64,000 nucleotides of DNA from Camelus ferus. Its lineage: Eukaryota. Shown here in pieces: positions 38,020-49,990 of this stretch. How positions within the stretch are numbered: the first letter of the stretch is position 1; each line of letters begins with the position of its first letter. The DNA is taken from the NCBI RefSeq assembly GCF_009834535.1, contig NC_045697.1, positions 63,986,001-64,050,000 on the forward strand, read 5' to 3'. The notes under the pieces were generated by a model, which worked only from the letters and a program-made list of their open reading frames with translations, was not told the origin of the DNA and ran no database searches. The position numbers and the translations under genes are program-made.

Positions 38020-40060
38020 GTCTAAGTGATCATCTGGTTGGGTAGAATATCTCAGTTGCAGCTTTTTCCCTTTCAGCACTTTGAATATATCGTGTCACTC
38101 CCTTCTGGCCTGCAAATTCTATACAGAGAAATTAGCTAATAGCTTAATGGGGATTCCCTTTATATGACTCTTTGTTTTTCTCCTGCTGCCTTTAGAATCC
38201 TCTCTCTAAATTTTGCAGTTTTAATCATGATATGTCTTGGTATGGATCTGTTTGGGTTTATCTTATTTGGAACCCTCTGTGTTTCCTATACTTGCATATC
38301 TGTTTCCTTCTTCAGGTTTGGAAAGTGGTCAGTCATAATTTCCTCAAATACATTTGCATTCCCCTTTTCTCTCTTCTTCTGAGAACCCTGTAATGTAAAT
38401 GTTAGTATACAAATATTATCCCAAAGATCTTGTAGATTGTTTTCACTGTTTATTTGTCTCTTTTTCTGCTGTTCTGATTGGGTGATTTCCATTATTCTAT
38501 CTTCCAGATCACTTAGGTGTTCTTCTGTATCACTTGGTCTGCTAAGTGTGTTTAGCCCTGATATTGAATGATCTATTTTTGATTGGGGTTTTTGTATATT
38601 TTCTAATTTAGTTCCTTGTTAAAGTGTTCATGGTGTACATCAGTCCTTTTCCCTGATTTTGTTAACATTTTAATTACCAATGCTTTGAATTCATTATCTG
38701 GTAAATTGTTTATTTCTGTTTTGTTTTTTTCAGGGGCTTTCTATCTCTCTTTCAATTGAGAGTAGTTCCTCCGCCTTTGCATTTTGCTTAACTTTCTCTG
38801 TATGAATTTAAGTAAAACGGTTAGCAATTGTAGTCCTGAAGGGATGATCTTATGTGGGAATTTCCCTGTACAGACTGCATGTGTACAAAGGCGGATCTCA
38901 TGTGGACACAAGTCACATCTTTCCTCTGGGTGTGCTGGTGGCTATCACCTTGTTAGGAAATGGAGCTGGAGATGGAGGGGCTAGAGCTGGCACTGCGTGT
39001 GAGGCTGCTTCCCCTCTGTACAGTGACCATTACTGCCCTATAGGGGAAGGGGTCTGACCCCAAGTTAATGGAGCAGAAGTGTGTTTTCCCTCTCCACACA
39101 CCATGACCCGTGCCCCAGAGACTGGGAGTGCTGTAGTACGTGGAGCCAGTGTGGGCTCTCGGCTCATGTGACCACAGAGGTCTGATGTGCTGCCTTTGCA
39201 GGCTCCTACAGGCCTGCTAAGAGGCAGCCTCTGGTGCAAGTCCCCTTTGTTCCACACAGTCAACCACTGCCCTCAACCTCTAGGCTCTGCCCACCCCAAG
39301 CACCCTGTGGTGGAATCCCACCTCAAGACAGGAAGTGTTACGTGGCCTCTTGGTGTGTATGTGGTCAGTGAACTGTGATGGAGCAGCCACCATCAGAAAT
39401 CTGGGCTGTTTCTGAGGTGATGCCTGAGTAAGTGCCTACAGTGGCCACCACCACCCCACCCAGGCTCTGCTCCAGGACTGAGTCACCTCTGGGTCCCATG
39501 TTTGAGTCTTTTCCCACAAGTCATGGCTGCCCAAGATCCAGTACCATGCTGTAATGTGGAGTGAGCTGGGCTGGAGTGCCTAGTGAGACTGTTGGGAGAA
39601 ACCTGGCAGCCACTAGAGCAGAGCTCTCTGCCCTTCCTTGAGAACAAGCTTTTATATGTATGGTCCTCACAAATGGAGTCCAGGCTCCCCACAGCCCTTC
39701 TGTTAGTCCCAGCGATCTTCCAACCAGCCCAGAGGGCTTGCTCCCCCATGTATGACAGGGCTGGGTGTCCAATCTGTAGCTTAAACTACTTACTCCCTGG
39801 AGTGGGTGTCCACCTGTGTAATTTCCCTGTTTATCAGAGTCCTCTCCTAGGGCACAGGGGCACAGGTCCTGACCCAATAGCTTTTCTTCCCTTCCTACTG
39901 GATTACATGTGTATCTTTTTTATAGCCTTGGTTACTCATAAGTCCTTCTGCCAGTTTCCAGTGAGAATTATTCCACATGTAGAAGTATTTTTGATGTTTT
40001 TGTTGAGGGAGGTGAGCTTCACATCCATCCTCTTACTCTGTCATCTTCATCAGAACCATC
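38020..40060 (-). mobile_element. L1 5' end: 5' UTR and ORF1 remnant, with no ORF2 or 3' end
   Basis: ORF 38286..38492(-) EITQSEQQK...LQDLWDNI...VFEEIMTDHFPNLKKE is L1 ORF1p. ORF1 ATG at 38782 gives MQRRRNYSQLKE...INNLPDNEFKALVIKML. The 5' start resembles aagatggcggagtag...gagctcacctccc. Confidence 0.9.
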
Positions 40061-40239
40061 TGGCAACTTTTGAGTCTATGACACATCTATTGACTTGAAA
40101 TTATTTTAACATGGTATATGATGGTATATGCATTCATAATCTCCAGAAGTTAAACTTGAATTTATATTGTGTTGACCTGCCAAACATTCATCATTATATA
40201 GATCAGTAAAAAGATAGATGATAGGCAGACAGAAGGCTG

Positions 40240-40725
40240 GATTTCAATGCTTGCATCTCTAGATCTAATCTTTACTTTTGCTCACTCTGCTCTGTGCCCT
40301 AGGACTTTGACTTGCATTGACTCATCAATGGGCTCCCTTGTAACTGATTTTCTCTAAGAGAAACAATAGAAGGATAAGATTAGAAGGGGCAAGGAAAGTG
40401 ATCTTGGAATATTTATTTCCCTGGTGCCCAACCTGTAGAGACTCAGGAGTCTGGCACTTTGTTAGCCAAAGGTCTCAGCCCCTGTCTTGGCATTTAGTTC
40501 TCAGCTCTATCAACAGAATCCTCTTTGTCATCAGGTTCCAATAACTGTGCACTCCTTCTCAGCATAGAATGTTACAGGGACCCCACTGTAACTAAGCCTG
40601 GAATTCTGCTCTTTCCCTTGTACTTCTGTTTTGCCCACATATTGTAACTGAGTCTTTTTGACAGTTCTTCTTAAAGTATATTAATTTGAGTGTTCCATCT
40701 GTTTTCTTCTGGAACCCTAAGTACA
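40240..40725 (+). mobile_element. LTR33-like ERVL solo LTR
   Basis: ctgctctgtgccctagga...catcaatgggctcccttg...atatttatttccctgg...tttgagtgttccatctgttttcttctggaaccct. Confidence 0.8.
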
Positions 40726-40889
40726 ATAGCTGGTTAGAGAGTTCTTAATCACTGGAATCCTCTGGTGCTAGTGGGATTTTATTTTTAAATCCCTGTTATG
40801 TCTACACCTGGTGATGTTTCCAATCTTTTAATGCATTTGTCTTCCATTTGATTACTGCATATGTTAATAAGTATAGCACTGAGAAGAAC

Positions 40890-41120
40890 AGTTAATAGCC
40901 ATTCTGTGTTTATTTGCTGTCAGGCATTACATTAAAAGGCTTGAGCATATTAACTCCCAGCAGCCCTGTGAAACAGATACTGTAATTACCCCCTTTAGAG
41001 ATGAAGAAAGTGAGACTTGCAAAAGTCAAGTGACTTCCCCAGGGTCACACAGCTGATAAATGGTACAGTAAGTGAGATTTAAACTAAGGCAGAAAGACTC
41101 CATGCTTTTAACCACTGTAC
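40890..41120 (-). mobile_element. MIR SINE
   Basis: tttagagatgaagaaagtgagacttgcaaaagtcaagtgacttccccagggtcacacagctgataaatgg...catgcttttaaccactg. Confidence 0.85.
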
Positions 41121-41811
41121 AGTATTGTGTAGTATTGCTGTATTTTACTAGGTAAGTATGACAACAGACAGAATAAAATTCATTAGGAAAAAGGAAGTAT
41201 TTAGTACAACATAGTTGCCTACTATAGATGTCATTTAATGTTAAAATCTTCACCCAAGCTGAATTGTACTGGTAGTTAAAAAAAGAGTACACTTTGAACA
41301 ATTTTTAAAAGAAATGTGAGATACTGTATCACACAGTAACAGAAAACACATAAATGGTGTAAAATTTTTTAAACCTAAAGAATTATAACTGACACTTAAG
41401 AAAAAAAAATCTACCTGTATGTCTAGAACTATTTAAAGTACTGTTTATTTAGGACCCATAGCAAAACTAAGTAACACTGACCAGAATTTTGTACAGAATT
41501 GGTGATCTGCTATCATATAAAGTGTGATGAATAAATTTTCTTGCCAAATAATCACTTAAAGGAAAAAAATGAATCATAAACTTGAAGTCTTATAGCAATA
41601 AGCAGTAATCTACATGGGAGTACAGAGTATGTAGTTTCTGCATAAAGTTCCTTTTCCTTTGTACTTATCCTGTCCAATTAAGAAATTCATAGGCAAAATT
41701 TGGGGGGTATTGATACCCCTCCCTGTATAACAAAAGCAGGGTGTCCTCTGGTTCTAGTTTTTAATTTTTCCCGTTGCATGTAGGTATTAGAGTAAGGATT
41801 AATTCACAACA

Positions 41812-44224
41812 CAGGGATGCTTCATTTTATTGTTCTTTATTGTGCTTTGAAGATAATTGTGTTGTTTTACAAATTGGAGGTCTGTGGCATCCCTGAATCA
41901 AACCCTTCTGTTTTGGTCTGTTGGTGCTATTTTTCCAGCAGCATTTGCACACTTCATTTCTGTGTGTCACATTTTGATAATTCTCACAATATTTCTAACT
42001 TTATTATTATTATTATTTTATTTATTACTATTATTTTTATTATTACTATTATTATTATTATTATATTGGTTATGGTGATCTGTGATCAGTGATTGTTACT
42101 ATTATAATTGTTTGAGGGTGCCACAAATAGGACCCTTAAAAGACAGCAAGTTTCACTGATAAATGTTTTGTGTTCTGACTGCTCCACTAACCAGCTGTTT
42201 CCTCGTGTCTCTCCTGCATCTCAGGCCCCCTATTCCCTGAGACACAACAGTATTGAAATCAGGCCAATTAAGAACCCTACAATGCCACTAAGTGTTCAAG
42301 TTAAAGGAACCTCTCACTTTAAATAAAAAGCTAGAAATGATTAAGTTTAGTGAGGAAGGTGTGTCTAAAGCCAAGATAGGTTGAAATCCAGGCCTCCTAC
42401 ATCAAACAGCCAAGTGGAAAAGTTCTTGAAGAAAACTGAGTGTTATTCTAGTGAACACACAAATGATAAGAAAGCAAAGCGGCTTTATTGTTGATAAGGA
42501 GAAAGTTTGGTCTGGAAAGAAGATCAAACCAGCCACAACATTCCCTTAAGCCAAAGCCTAGTCCAGAGACAGGCCCTAACTGTCTTCATTCCATGAAGGC
42601 TAGGGGAGGTGAGGAAGCTGCAATGGCAAAATTTGAAGCCAGTAGAGGTTGATTCATAATGTTTAAGGAAAGAAGCTATCTCCATAACATAAAAGTGAAA
42701 GGTGAACAACAAGTGCTGATGTAGAAGCTGCAGTAAGGTATCTATCTAGAAGATCGAGCTAAAATAATCTGTGAAGGTGACTACACTGAACAATAGATTT
42801 TCAGTGTAGACAGAATAGCCTGATATTGGAGGAAGATATCAATTAGGATTTTCACAGATGGAAAGGAGAAGTCAATGCCTGGCTCCAAAGCTTCAGAGAA
42901 CAGGCTGACTCTTAGGGTCTCACACTGCTGGTGACTTTTAAGTTGAAGCCAATGCTCATTTACCATTCTGAAAATCCTAGGGCCTTTAAAAATTATGCTA
43001 AATCTACTCTGCCTGTTGTCTATAACTGGAACAACAAAGCCTGGATGACAGCACATCTATCTACAACATAGTTTACTGAATATTTTAAGCTTATTGTTGA
43101 GACCTACTGCTCAGAAAAGAAGATTCTTTCAAAATATTACTTCCCATTGACAATGCACCTGGTCACCCAGGAGCTCAGATGGAGGTGTGCAATGAGATTC
43201 ATCATGTTTTCATGCCTGCTAACACAACATCCATTCTGTAGCTCACAGATCGAGGGATAATTTTGACTTTTAAGCCTAATTATTTAAGCAATGCATTTCA
43301 TGAGGCTAAAGCTGCGACAGATACTGATTTCCCCGATGGATGTGGGCAAAGTCAATTGACAACCTTTTGGAAAGAATTCACTTTTCTAGATGCCATTAAG
43401 ATTTGTGATTCATGGGAAGAGGTCAAAATATCAACATTCACGGGAGTTTGGAAGAAGCTGATTCCAGCCCTCTTGGATGACTTTGAGGGGTTAAAGACTT
43501 CAGTGTAAGATGTGACTGCAGATGTGGAAATAGCAAGAAAACTAGAATTCCAAGTGGAGCCTGAAGATGTAGCTGAATTGCTTCAAACTCATGATAAAAC
43601 TTTAAAGGATGAGGAGTTGCTCCTTATGGATGAGCAAAGAAAGTAATTTCTTGTGATGGAATCTAGTCCTGGTGAAAATGCTATGGAGATTGTTGAAATG
43701 ACAACAAAAGATTTAGATTATTACATAAACTTGGTTAATAAAGCAGTGGCAGGGTTTGAGAGGATTAACTCCAATTTTGAAAGAAGTTCTATTGTGGGTA
43801 AAATGCTATCAAATAGCATTGCATACTACAGAGAAATTGTTCATGGAAGGAAGAGTCAATCAATATAGGGAACTGTACTGTTGTCTTACTTAAAGAAACT
43901 ACCACAGCCACCCCAGCCATCAGTCAACCACTACCCTGATCAGTCGACAGTTATCAACAAGCAAAAAACCTCCACCAGCAAAAAGATTATGTCTTGATGA
44001 AAGCTCAGATGATGGTCAGTATTTTTTAGCAATAAAGTATTTTTCATTAATATATGCACATTTTTAGACATAATGCTACTGCACACTTTAGACTACATTA
44101 TATTATGAACATAACATTTATATGCCCTGGGAAATCAAAACATTTGTGTGATTCACTTTATTGCAATACTTCCTTTATTTTGATGGTCTGGAACTGAACC
44201 TGCAGTATCTTTGAGATATACCTG
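41812..44224 (+). mobile_element. Tigger1 DNA transposon, essentially full length (~2.4 kb), with decayed transposase
   Basis: Left end cagggatgcttc, right end ttgagatatacctg followed by TA. The transposase start region near 42282 includes LNKKLEMIKFSEEG. ORFs 43263..43508 (LTTFWKEFTFLDAIK...SWEEVKISTFTGVWKKLIP) and 43653..43868 are Tigger1-derived. Confidence 0.95.
42000..42065. repeat. Imperfect (TTA)n expansion inside Tigger1
   Basis: ttattattattattattttatttattactattatttttattattactattattattatta. Confidence 0.85.
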
Positions 44225-45129
44225 TACCATTATGTTCAGTTGAATTTATTATATTCAGAAGAATTGACTAGGTTAAAAATAGCTGTTCTTAAAGGGGCTG
44301 AATGAATGGTATTTGTGTTGGTATATTAATTGGTATAGCCACTGTTTAATAAGGTAGAAAACATAATAGTCTTCAAGCAAATGTTCAAATTATGTTCTTT
44401 AATGAGAGAAATTCTACCTTTGTAAATGACATTTGTATGAGAAATGAGCAAGAAGGTCATATAGTTAGATGACCTTCAGAGATGGTCCAAACAAAATAAT
44501 TTTCAGTCTTAATTTTAGGCCTAGAATCATTGAAAGAGAGAAAGTACATGTTCTCAACTTTTCAAATGATATTTTTTAAAGTGCTTCTTAGTTAGATTGC
44601 ATGGATCAGTTTTCCACATTTTCAAACGTTATTCATAAATTTTAGCCTGTTCTGAAACAGTTAAGAATTAAACATTTTCTTTAAGAAAAAATAAAATAAA
44701 CAAACCTACAATAACAACAATAATAAAGCCCTTTACCACTGGGAGAGATCTGGAGGCCTTTCCTGTTTTTCAGGGTTAGGAAAAACAGCAGATGCTGTCA
44801 AAAATTCAAGACATGGGGCTTGGAGGCTACACCTGCTACAAACAGCACGACTGCTCATCCTTCCATTCCATTCCCCACCTTCCCCTACAGCACACAATTC
44901 TCTACTCAATCATGCATTTTATTGAAATACATATATATATATATATATCTCAGTGCCATCTGAATTGTGAATTCCATCTTGGATTCGCCTGCTGTAGAGA
45001 TGAGTTAAGAAGTTAACAAGTGTATTTATTCTGGTTCCAAACAATAGCAACGTAAACCAGGAAGGCTGATAAGCATGTATCCTATTTCAAAATCTCCAGA
45101 AAATCAGTCTCTAAATTCTCTGTGGAGTC

Positions 45130-45650
45130 CATTCAGTGCTTAAACAGCCTTTACTGTCATGATAGTCTTTCTTATTTCTAGAATCTTCATAGTGGATCGT
45201 AAGCTCATTTTCTCTTGTTCTATCAGCACAGCTGAAAGACCATTTTCTAACAGTCCTTTCAGTTTAGTTTATATTCATAGAATTGAATTTTTCACTTCTA
45301 CCTTTTCCAGAGTGCAATTGTTCCAGTTTTTTCTATTTGATATTTTCAACTCTTTATCACTAGTTGAAACTCTATCTTTTTCATATTTTTATTTGTTTGG
45401 ATGACATCCAGAATTCTGAGTTTGGGTGCTGAGCTTTTTCTTATTGAGTTCTTTAATTTGTGTTCCATAATAATTTGTTTCCAGATTGCTATCCAAACCA
45501 GTATTTTTCTGAAATATTTTGATATTAATCTTTCTCCTCTGTGTAGAAGTTTTTTCTCTTAAGTACTTTATATTTGTGTCCCTTACCTGTTCCAATATAC
45601 TAAAATAATTCTTTTCTAATATTCTAGTTATTTTCTCATATGTACTCATC
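45130..45650 (-). mobile_element. Very old L1/HAL1-like ORF1-region remnant
   Basis: T-rich, with attgaatttttcacttc and tagttgaaactctatcttttc motifs typical of antisense ORF1 coiled-coil sequence. Weak match. Confidence 0.4.
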
Positions 45651-46234
45651 TTAAAAGAGGTCTTTTAAATGTTGGTCTGTGACTGGATTGGTAATAAAAT
45701 TTATCTCAAAAATCCTATATATGGTAAGGATCAGTGAATATTTGCTGAATTTGGTCATCCATGACATTGTTAGTAATTTTCTGAATTAACACATAAAGAT
45801 TGTAAGGATGTATGAGACTCATCACGAAATTGTGACAGAATTGCATAATAGTGTCTGCTATCTACTCCCTTTTTTTCTCAGATAAGTATTTACTGAATTT
45901 GTGAATCAGTCTCAAGACTTGTTCTTTCTGCTGGCTGTCATCTACCTTCTCTCTACTTGCTACATTTTCCCCACTTTACTAAATTATTCATTCTATCATT
46001 AGAGATTAGGTTAGCACATAGCTTATTAAATCATTTTGGCTGTTAATTAAAATCCTGACCATCTAAAGCTATGCACAATTTAATGCTGTAAGAACTTTAT
46101 CTTGGTGTGATTAGATATGAAATAAAATATGAGCTGTTAGTAGTTTTCTTATATCTATGTTATGGAACATAAGAGTTGTCTTTTTTTTTTAATGAGAACT
46201 CATAAATTTCTAGGTTTTAATAATTTTTGAAATT

Positions 46235-49088
46235 AAGAAACTTTATTTTTTAGAGCAGGTTTATATGTTCACAGCAAAGTTGTTTGGGAAGTGCAGAGAA
46301 TTCTCATATACCCCCGTCCCCATACATGTACAACCTCCCCCACTATAAATATCTGCACCACAGTGGTCCATTTGTTACAATCAATGAAATTATACTGATG
46401 TATCATTATCACCCCAAACCATTCATTTATTGTAGGGTTCACTCTTGGTATTGTACATTCCAGGGGTCTTGACAAATGTATAATAACAGGTATCCATTGT
46501 AATATCATACAGAATAGTTTCACTGTCCTAAAAGTCCTCTGTACTCTGCCTATTTATATCCCCACCCCCTGTAACCCTTTGTAACCATTCATCCTTTTGT
46601 TGTTTCCATAGATTTGTCCTGAATGTCATATAGCCGGAATCATACAGTACATAGACTTTTCAGATTGGCTTCTTTCACTTAGTAATATGCATTTAAATTT
46701 CCTCCATGTATTTTTATGGCGGCAAAGTTCATTTCTTTTCTGCATTGAATAATATTCCATTCTCTGGATGTACCAAAGTTTTTCCGTTCATTTACTGAAG
46801 GACATCTTGGTTGCTTCTGGGTTCTGGCAATCATGAAAAAGGCTGTTATAAACACCCATGTGCAGGTTTTTTGTATTGACATTAGTTTTCAGTTCATTTG
46901 GGTAAGTACCAAGGAGCATAGTTGCTGGATTGTTTGGAAAGAGTATGTTTAGCTTTTAAAGAAATCACAAAAATAACTTCCAAAGTGGCTGTACCATTTT
47001 GCATTCTCACCAGCAATGAATTAGAGTTCCTGTTGCTCCACATCCTTGCTGGCATTTGGTATATGAGTGTTTACAATTTTTGCTATTCTAGTAGATATAT
47101 AATAGAATATTCTAGTATTCTAGTAGTAGTGGCATCCCATTTTTGTTTTAATTTGCAATTTCCTCATGGCATATGATACCATCTTTTTATAAGTTTACTT
47201 GCTATTTGTATATCTTCTTTGGTGAGGTATCTGTTAAGTCTTTGGCCCACTTTTTAGTAGGGGTGTTTATTTTCTTATGGTTGAGATTTAAGAAGTTTTT
47301 GTATATTTTGGTAACAGTCCTTTATCAGATGTGTCTTTTGCAAATATATTTTCCCAGTCTGTGGCTTGCCATCTTACTCACTTGGCATTGACTTTTATAG
47401 ACGTTTTTAATTTTAATGAAGTCCAGCTTATCAATTGTTTCTGTCATAGACTGTGCTGCTGGTATTTGCAAAGTCATTGCCGTATCCAAGGTCATATCGG
47501 TATTGTCCTATGTTACATTCTAGGAGGGTTTAGAGTTTTGCATTTTACATTTAGAGCTCTGATTCATTTTCAGTTAAGTATTGTGAAGAGTGGAAGGACT
47601 TGTTGCATGTTGATGTCCAATTGTTCCAGCACTGTTTGTTGAAAAGGCTATTTTTGCTCCATTGCATTATCTTGCCTCCCTTGTGAAAGATCAGTTGACT
47701 GTATTTATTGGGATCTATTTCTGAACTTTCTATTGTGTTGCATTGTCTATTCTTTTGCCAATACTACACTATATTGATTCATGTAGCTTTACAGTAAGTC
47801 TTAAATTTGAGTGGTGTCGTTCTTCTGGCTTTGTTCTTTGCCTTCAATATTGAGTTGGCTATCCTGGGTCTTTTGCTTCTTTACATAGATAAACTTAAGA
47901 ATCAGTTTGTTGATATACATAAAATAACCAGCTGGGATTTTGACTGAAATCTATAAAGTTGTGAAGACACCTTGACACTACTTGAGTCTTCCTACCCATA
48001 GACACGGAATATCTCTATTTGTTTAGTTTTTCTTTAATATTTTTTTCAAAGGTTTTTTTTGTTTGTTTTCCTCTTAAAGATTTTGGACATTTTTTTTTAG
48101 ATTTGTACCTAACAATTGGGGGGGGGGTAAATCATGTAATTGATAATGTTTTTAATTTCAAATTCCAGTTGTTCATTTCTGATATATAGAAAAGCAATTG
48201 ACTTTTGTACATTGTATCTTGTATCTTGCTAATCACTTATTAGTTCCACTTTTTGTCATTTATTTTAGATTTTCTATATATATATCATGTCATCTGAGAG
48301 CAAAAACAGTTTTATTTCTTACTTTCCAATCTATATTCCTTCCCCCCACCCCCCGCCTATTTCATGTCTTACTGCACTAGCTAGAATTTCAGGTATGATG
48401 TTGAAAAGCAGTGATGAGAAGTCACATCCTTATCTGTTTCCTGATCTTAGTGAGAAAGCATCAAGTTTCTTACTATCAAGTATGATGGTAACTGTAGTTT
48501 TTTTAAATCACTAAAAAAAAATCAATTTGAGGACACTCCCCTTTTCCTAGTATGCTTAATTTTTATCATGAATGGGTGTTGGCATTTATCAAGTGTTTTT
48601 TCAGTATCTATTGATATGTTCAAGAGATTTTTCTTCTTTAGCCTGTTGATATGATGGATTACATAAATTAATTTTCAAACCACCCTGCATACCTGGGATA
48701 AGTCCCATATAAATCTTTTTATATTTTGTTGGAATTTGTGAAGAATTTTAGCATATATATTGATGAGAGATATTGTGTATAATTTTTTTCTATAACATCT
48801 TAATCTGTTTTTGATATCAGTGTTCTGCTGGCCTCACAGAATGAGTTAGGAAGTATTTCTTCTGCTTCTATCCTCTGAAAAATATTGTAGATTATTGGTA
48901 TAATTTCTTCTTTAAATGTTTAGTAGAATTCATCAGTGGATTTGTCTGGTGCTCTCTTTTTTTAGAAAATTATTAATTCTTGATTCAATTTCTATAATCA
49001 ATATTGGCCTATTCAGATTGTCTGTTTCTTCTTGTGTAAGTTTTGGCAGGCTATGTCTTTCAAGGAATTAGTTTATTTCATCAAGGTT
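46235..49088 (-). mobile_element. L1MC1-like 3' UTR plus ORF2 (5'-truncated)
   Basis: aaactttattttttagagcagg...cattatcaccccaaacc...agggttcactcttgg. ORF 46679..46882(-) KTCTWVFITAFFMIARTQKQPRCPS is the ORF2p C-terminus. Confidence 0.92.
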
Positions 49089-49089
49089 G

Positions 49090-49510
49090 AATTATTTAAT
49101 TCAACAAATATTGTCAAATATATAAAATTTACCAGTTACCATTCTAAGCCATGGGGACACAGAAAACAAGAAAGACACTGCCCCTGTATTGAAGGAGCTT
49201 ACATTCTTGTGGGTAGAAATAGATCATAACTAATCAAGTAATTAGGACATTTATATAGAGTGATATTTGGGGGTAATAGAATGATATAAGGTAGGTGGTT
49301 TTTATTTCCTTTTATGTAGAGTTCAGAGATGAACTCTTAAGGAAGTGCATTTATACTGAGACCCACAAGACAAAAAGGAACTAGTTTTTCAAACTGGAAG
49401 ATCTGTGAGTGAAGTAGTCAAGACAGTGTAAACACCAAGTTAAAGGCTTGCTATGGAATCAACTTGGCACATCTGAACAAAGCAAAGAAGGTCATATGTG
49501 TGGAGTGCAC
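49090..49510 (-). mobile_element. L2 3' end
   Basis: attcaacaaatattg...ccattctaagccatggggacacag...gcccctgtattgaaggagcttacattcttgtggg. Confidence 0.8.
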
Positions 49511-49789
49511 TGTGCAGCTACAGTTATGTTTTGACATCTGTGACATGAATATGAAATCCCTGATAATGAATTTCTAGTTTCCCGTGAGGCTCAATCAATC
49601 ATTTCTAGAAGCTTTAAGAAAAATATTTTCTACATATATATTCAGGTCATTCAGACATCCTAGAGTAGACAGCATATAATTATTCCTTAAATAATAAGTA
49701 CAATAAAAGTTATCTATAAAATATATAATTTTTAAAACCAGATTCAAATTACTTTATTTCAGTATATAAAATTAATGTTATCTTTTATG

Positions 49790-49990
49790 TTATTAATTCA
49801 GCACTATAGAGCAGGTACTATAGTCAGAATTTTCCATGGTTTATCTTATCAACTCCATAATACTGATAGAAAAATGGAGTCAATGAAATTAAAATAACTG
49901 GTCAAAGGCCACATCATGTAAAAAGGTAAACATAGAATTCTTACGTTAAGCAGCTTGCTTTTTTAGATCCTTAATTTTTAACTTCAAAGC
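49790..49990 (-). mobile_element. MIR remnant
   Basis: gatagaaaaatggagtcaatgaaattaaaataactggtcaaaggccacatc. Confidence 0.5.

Noticed and set aside
39583..40098. 171-aa ORF antisense to the L1 5' UTR (ORF0-like?)
   Set aside because: GTG start, no recognisable domain, and it runs past the element end. Long stop-free frames are expected in GC-richer UTR sequence.
43263..43868. Domesticated TIGD-like transposase gene
   Set aside because: The transposase frame is disrupted by multiple stops and frameshifts, and the TIRs are retained. It is a fossil Tigger1.
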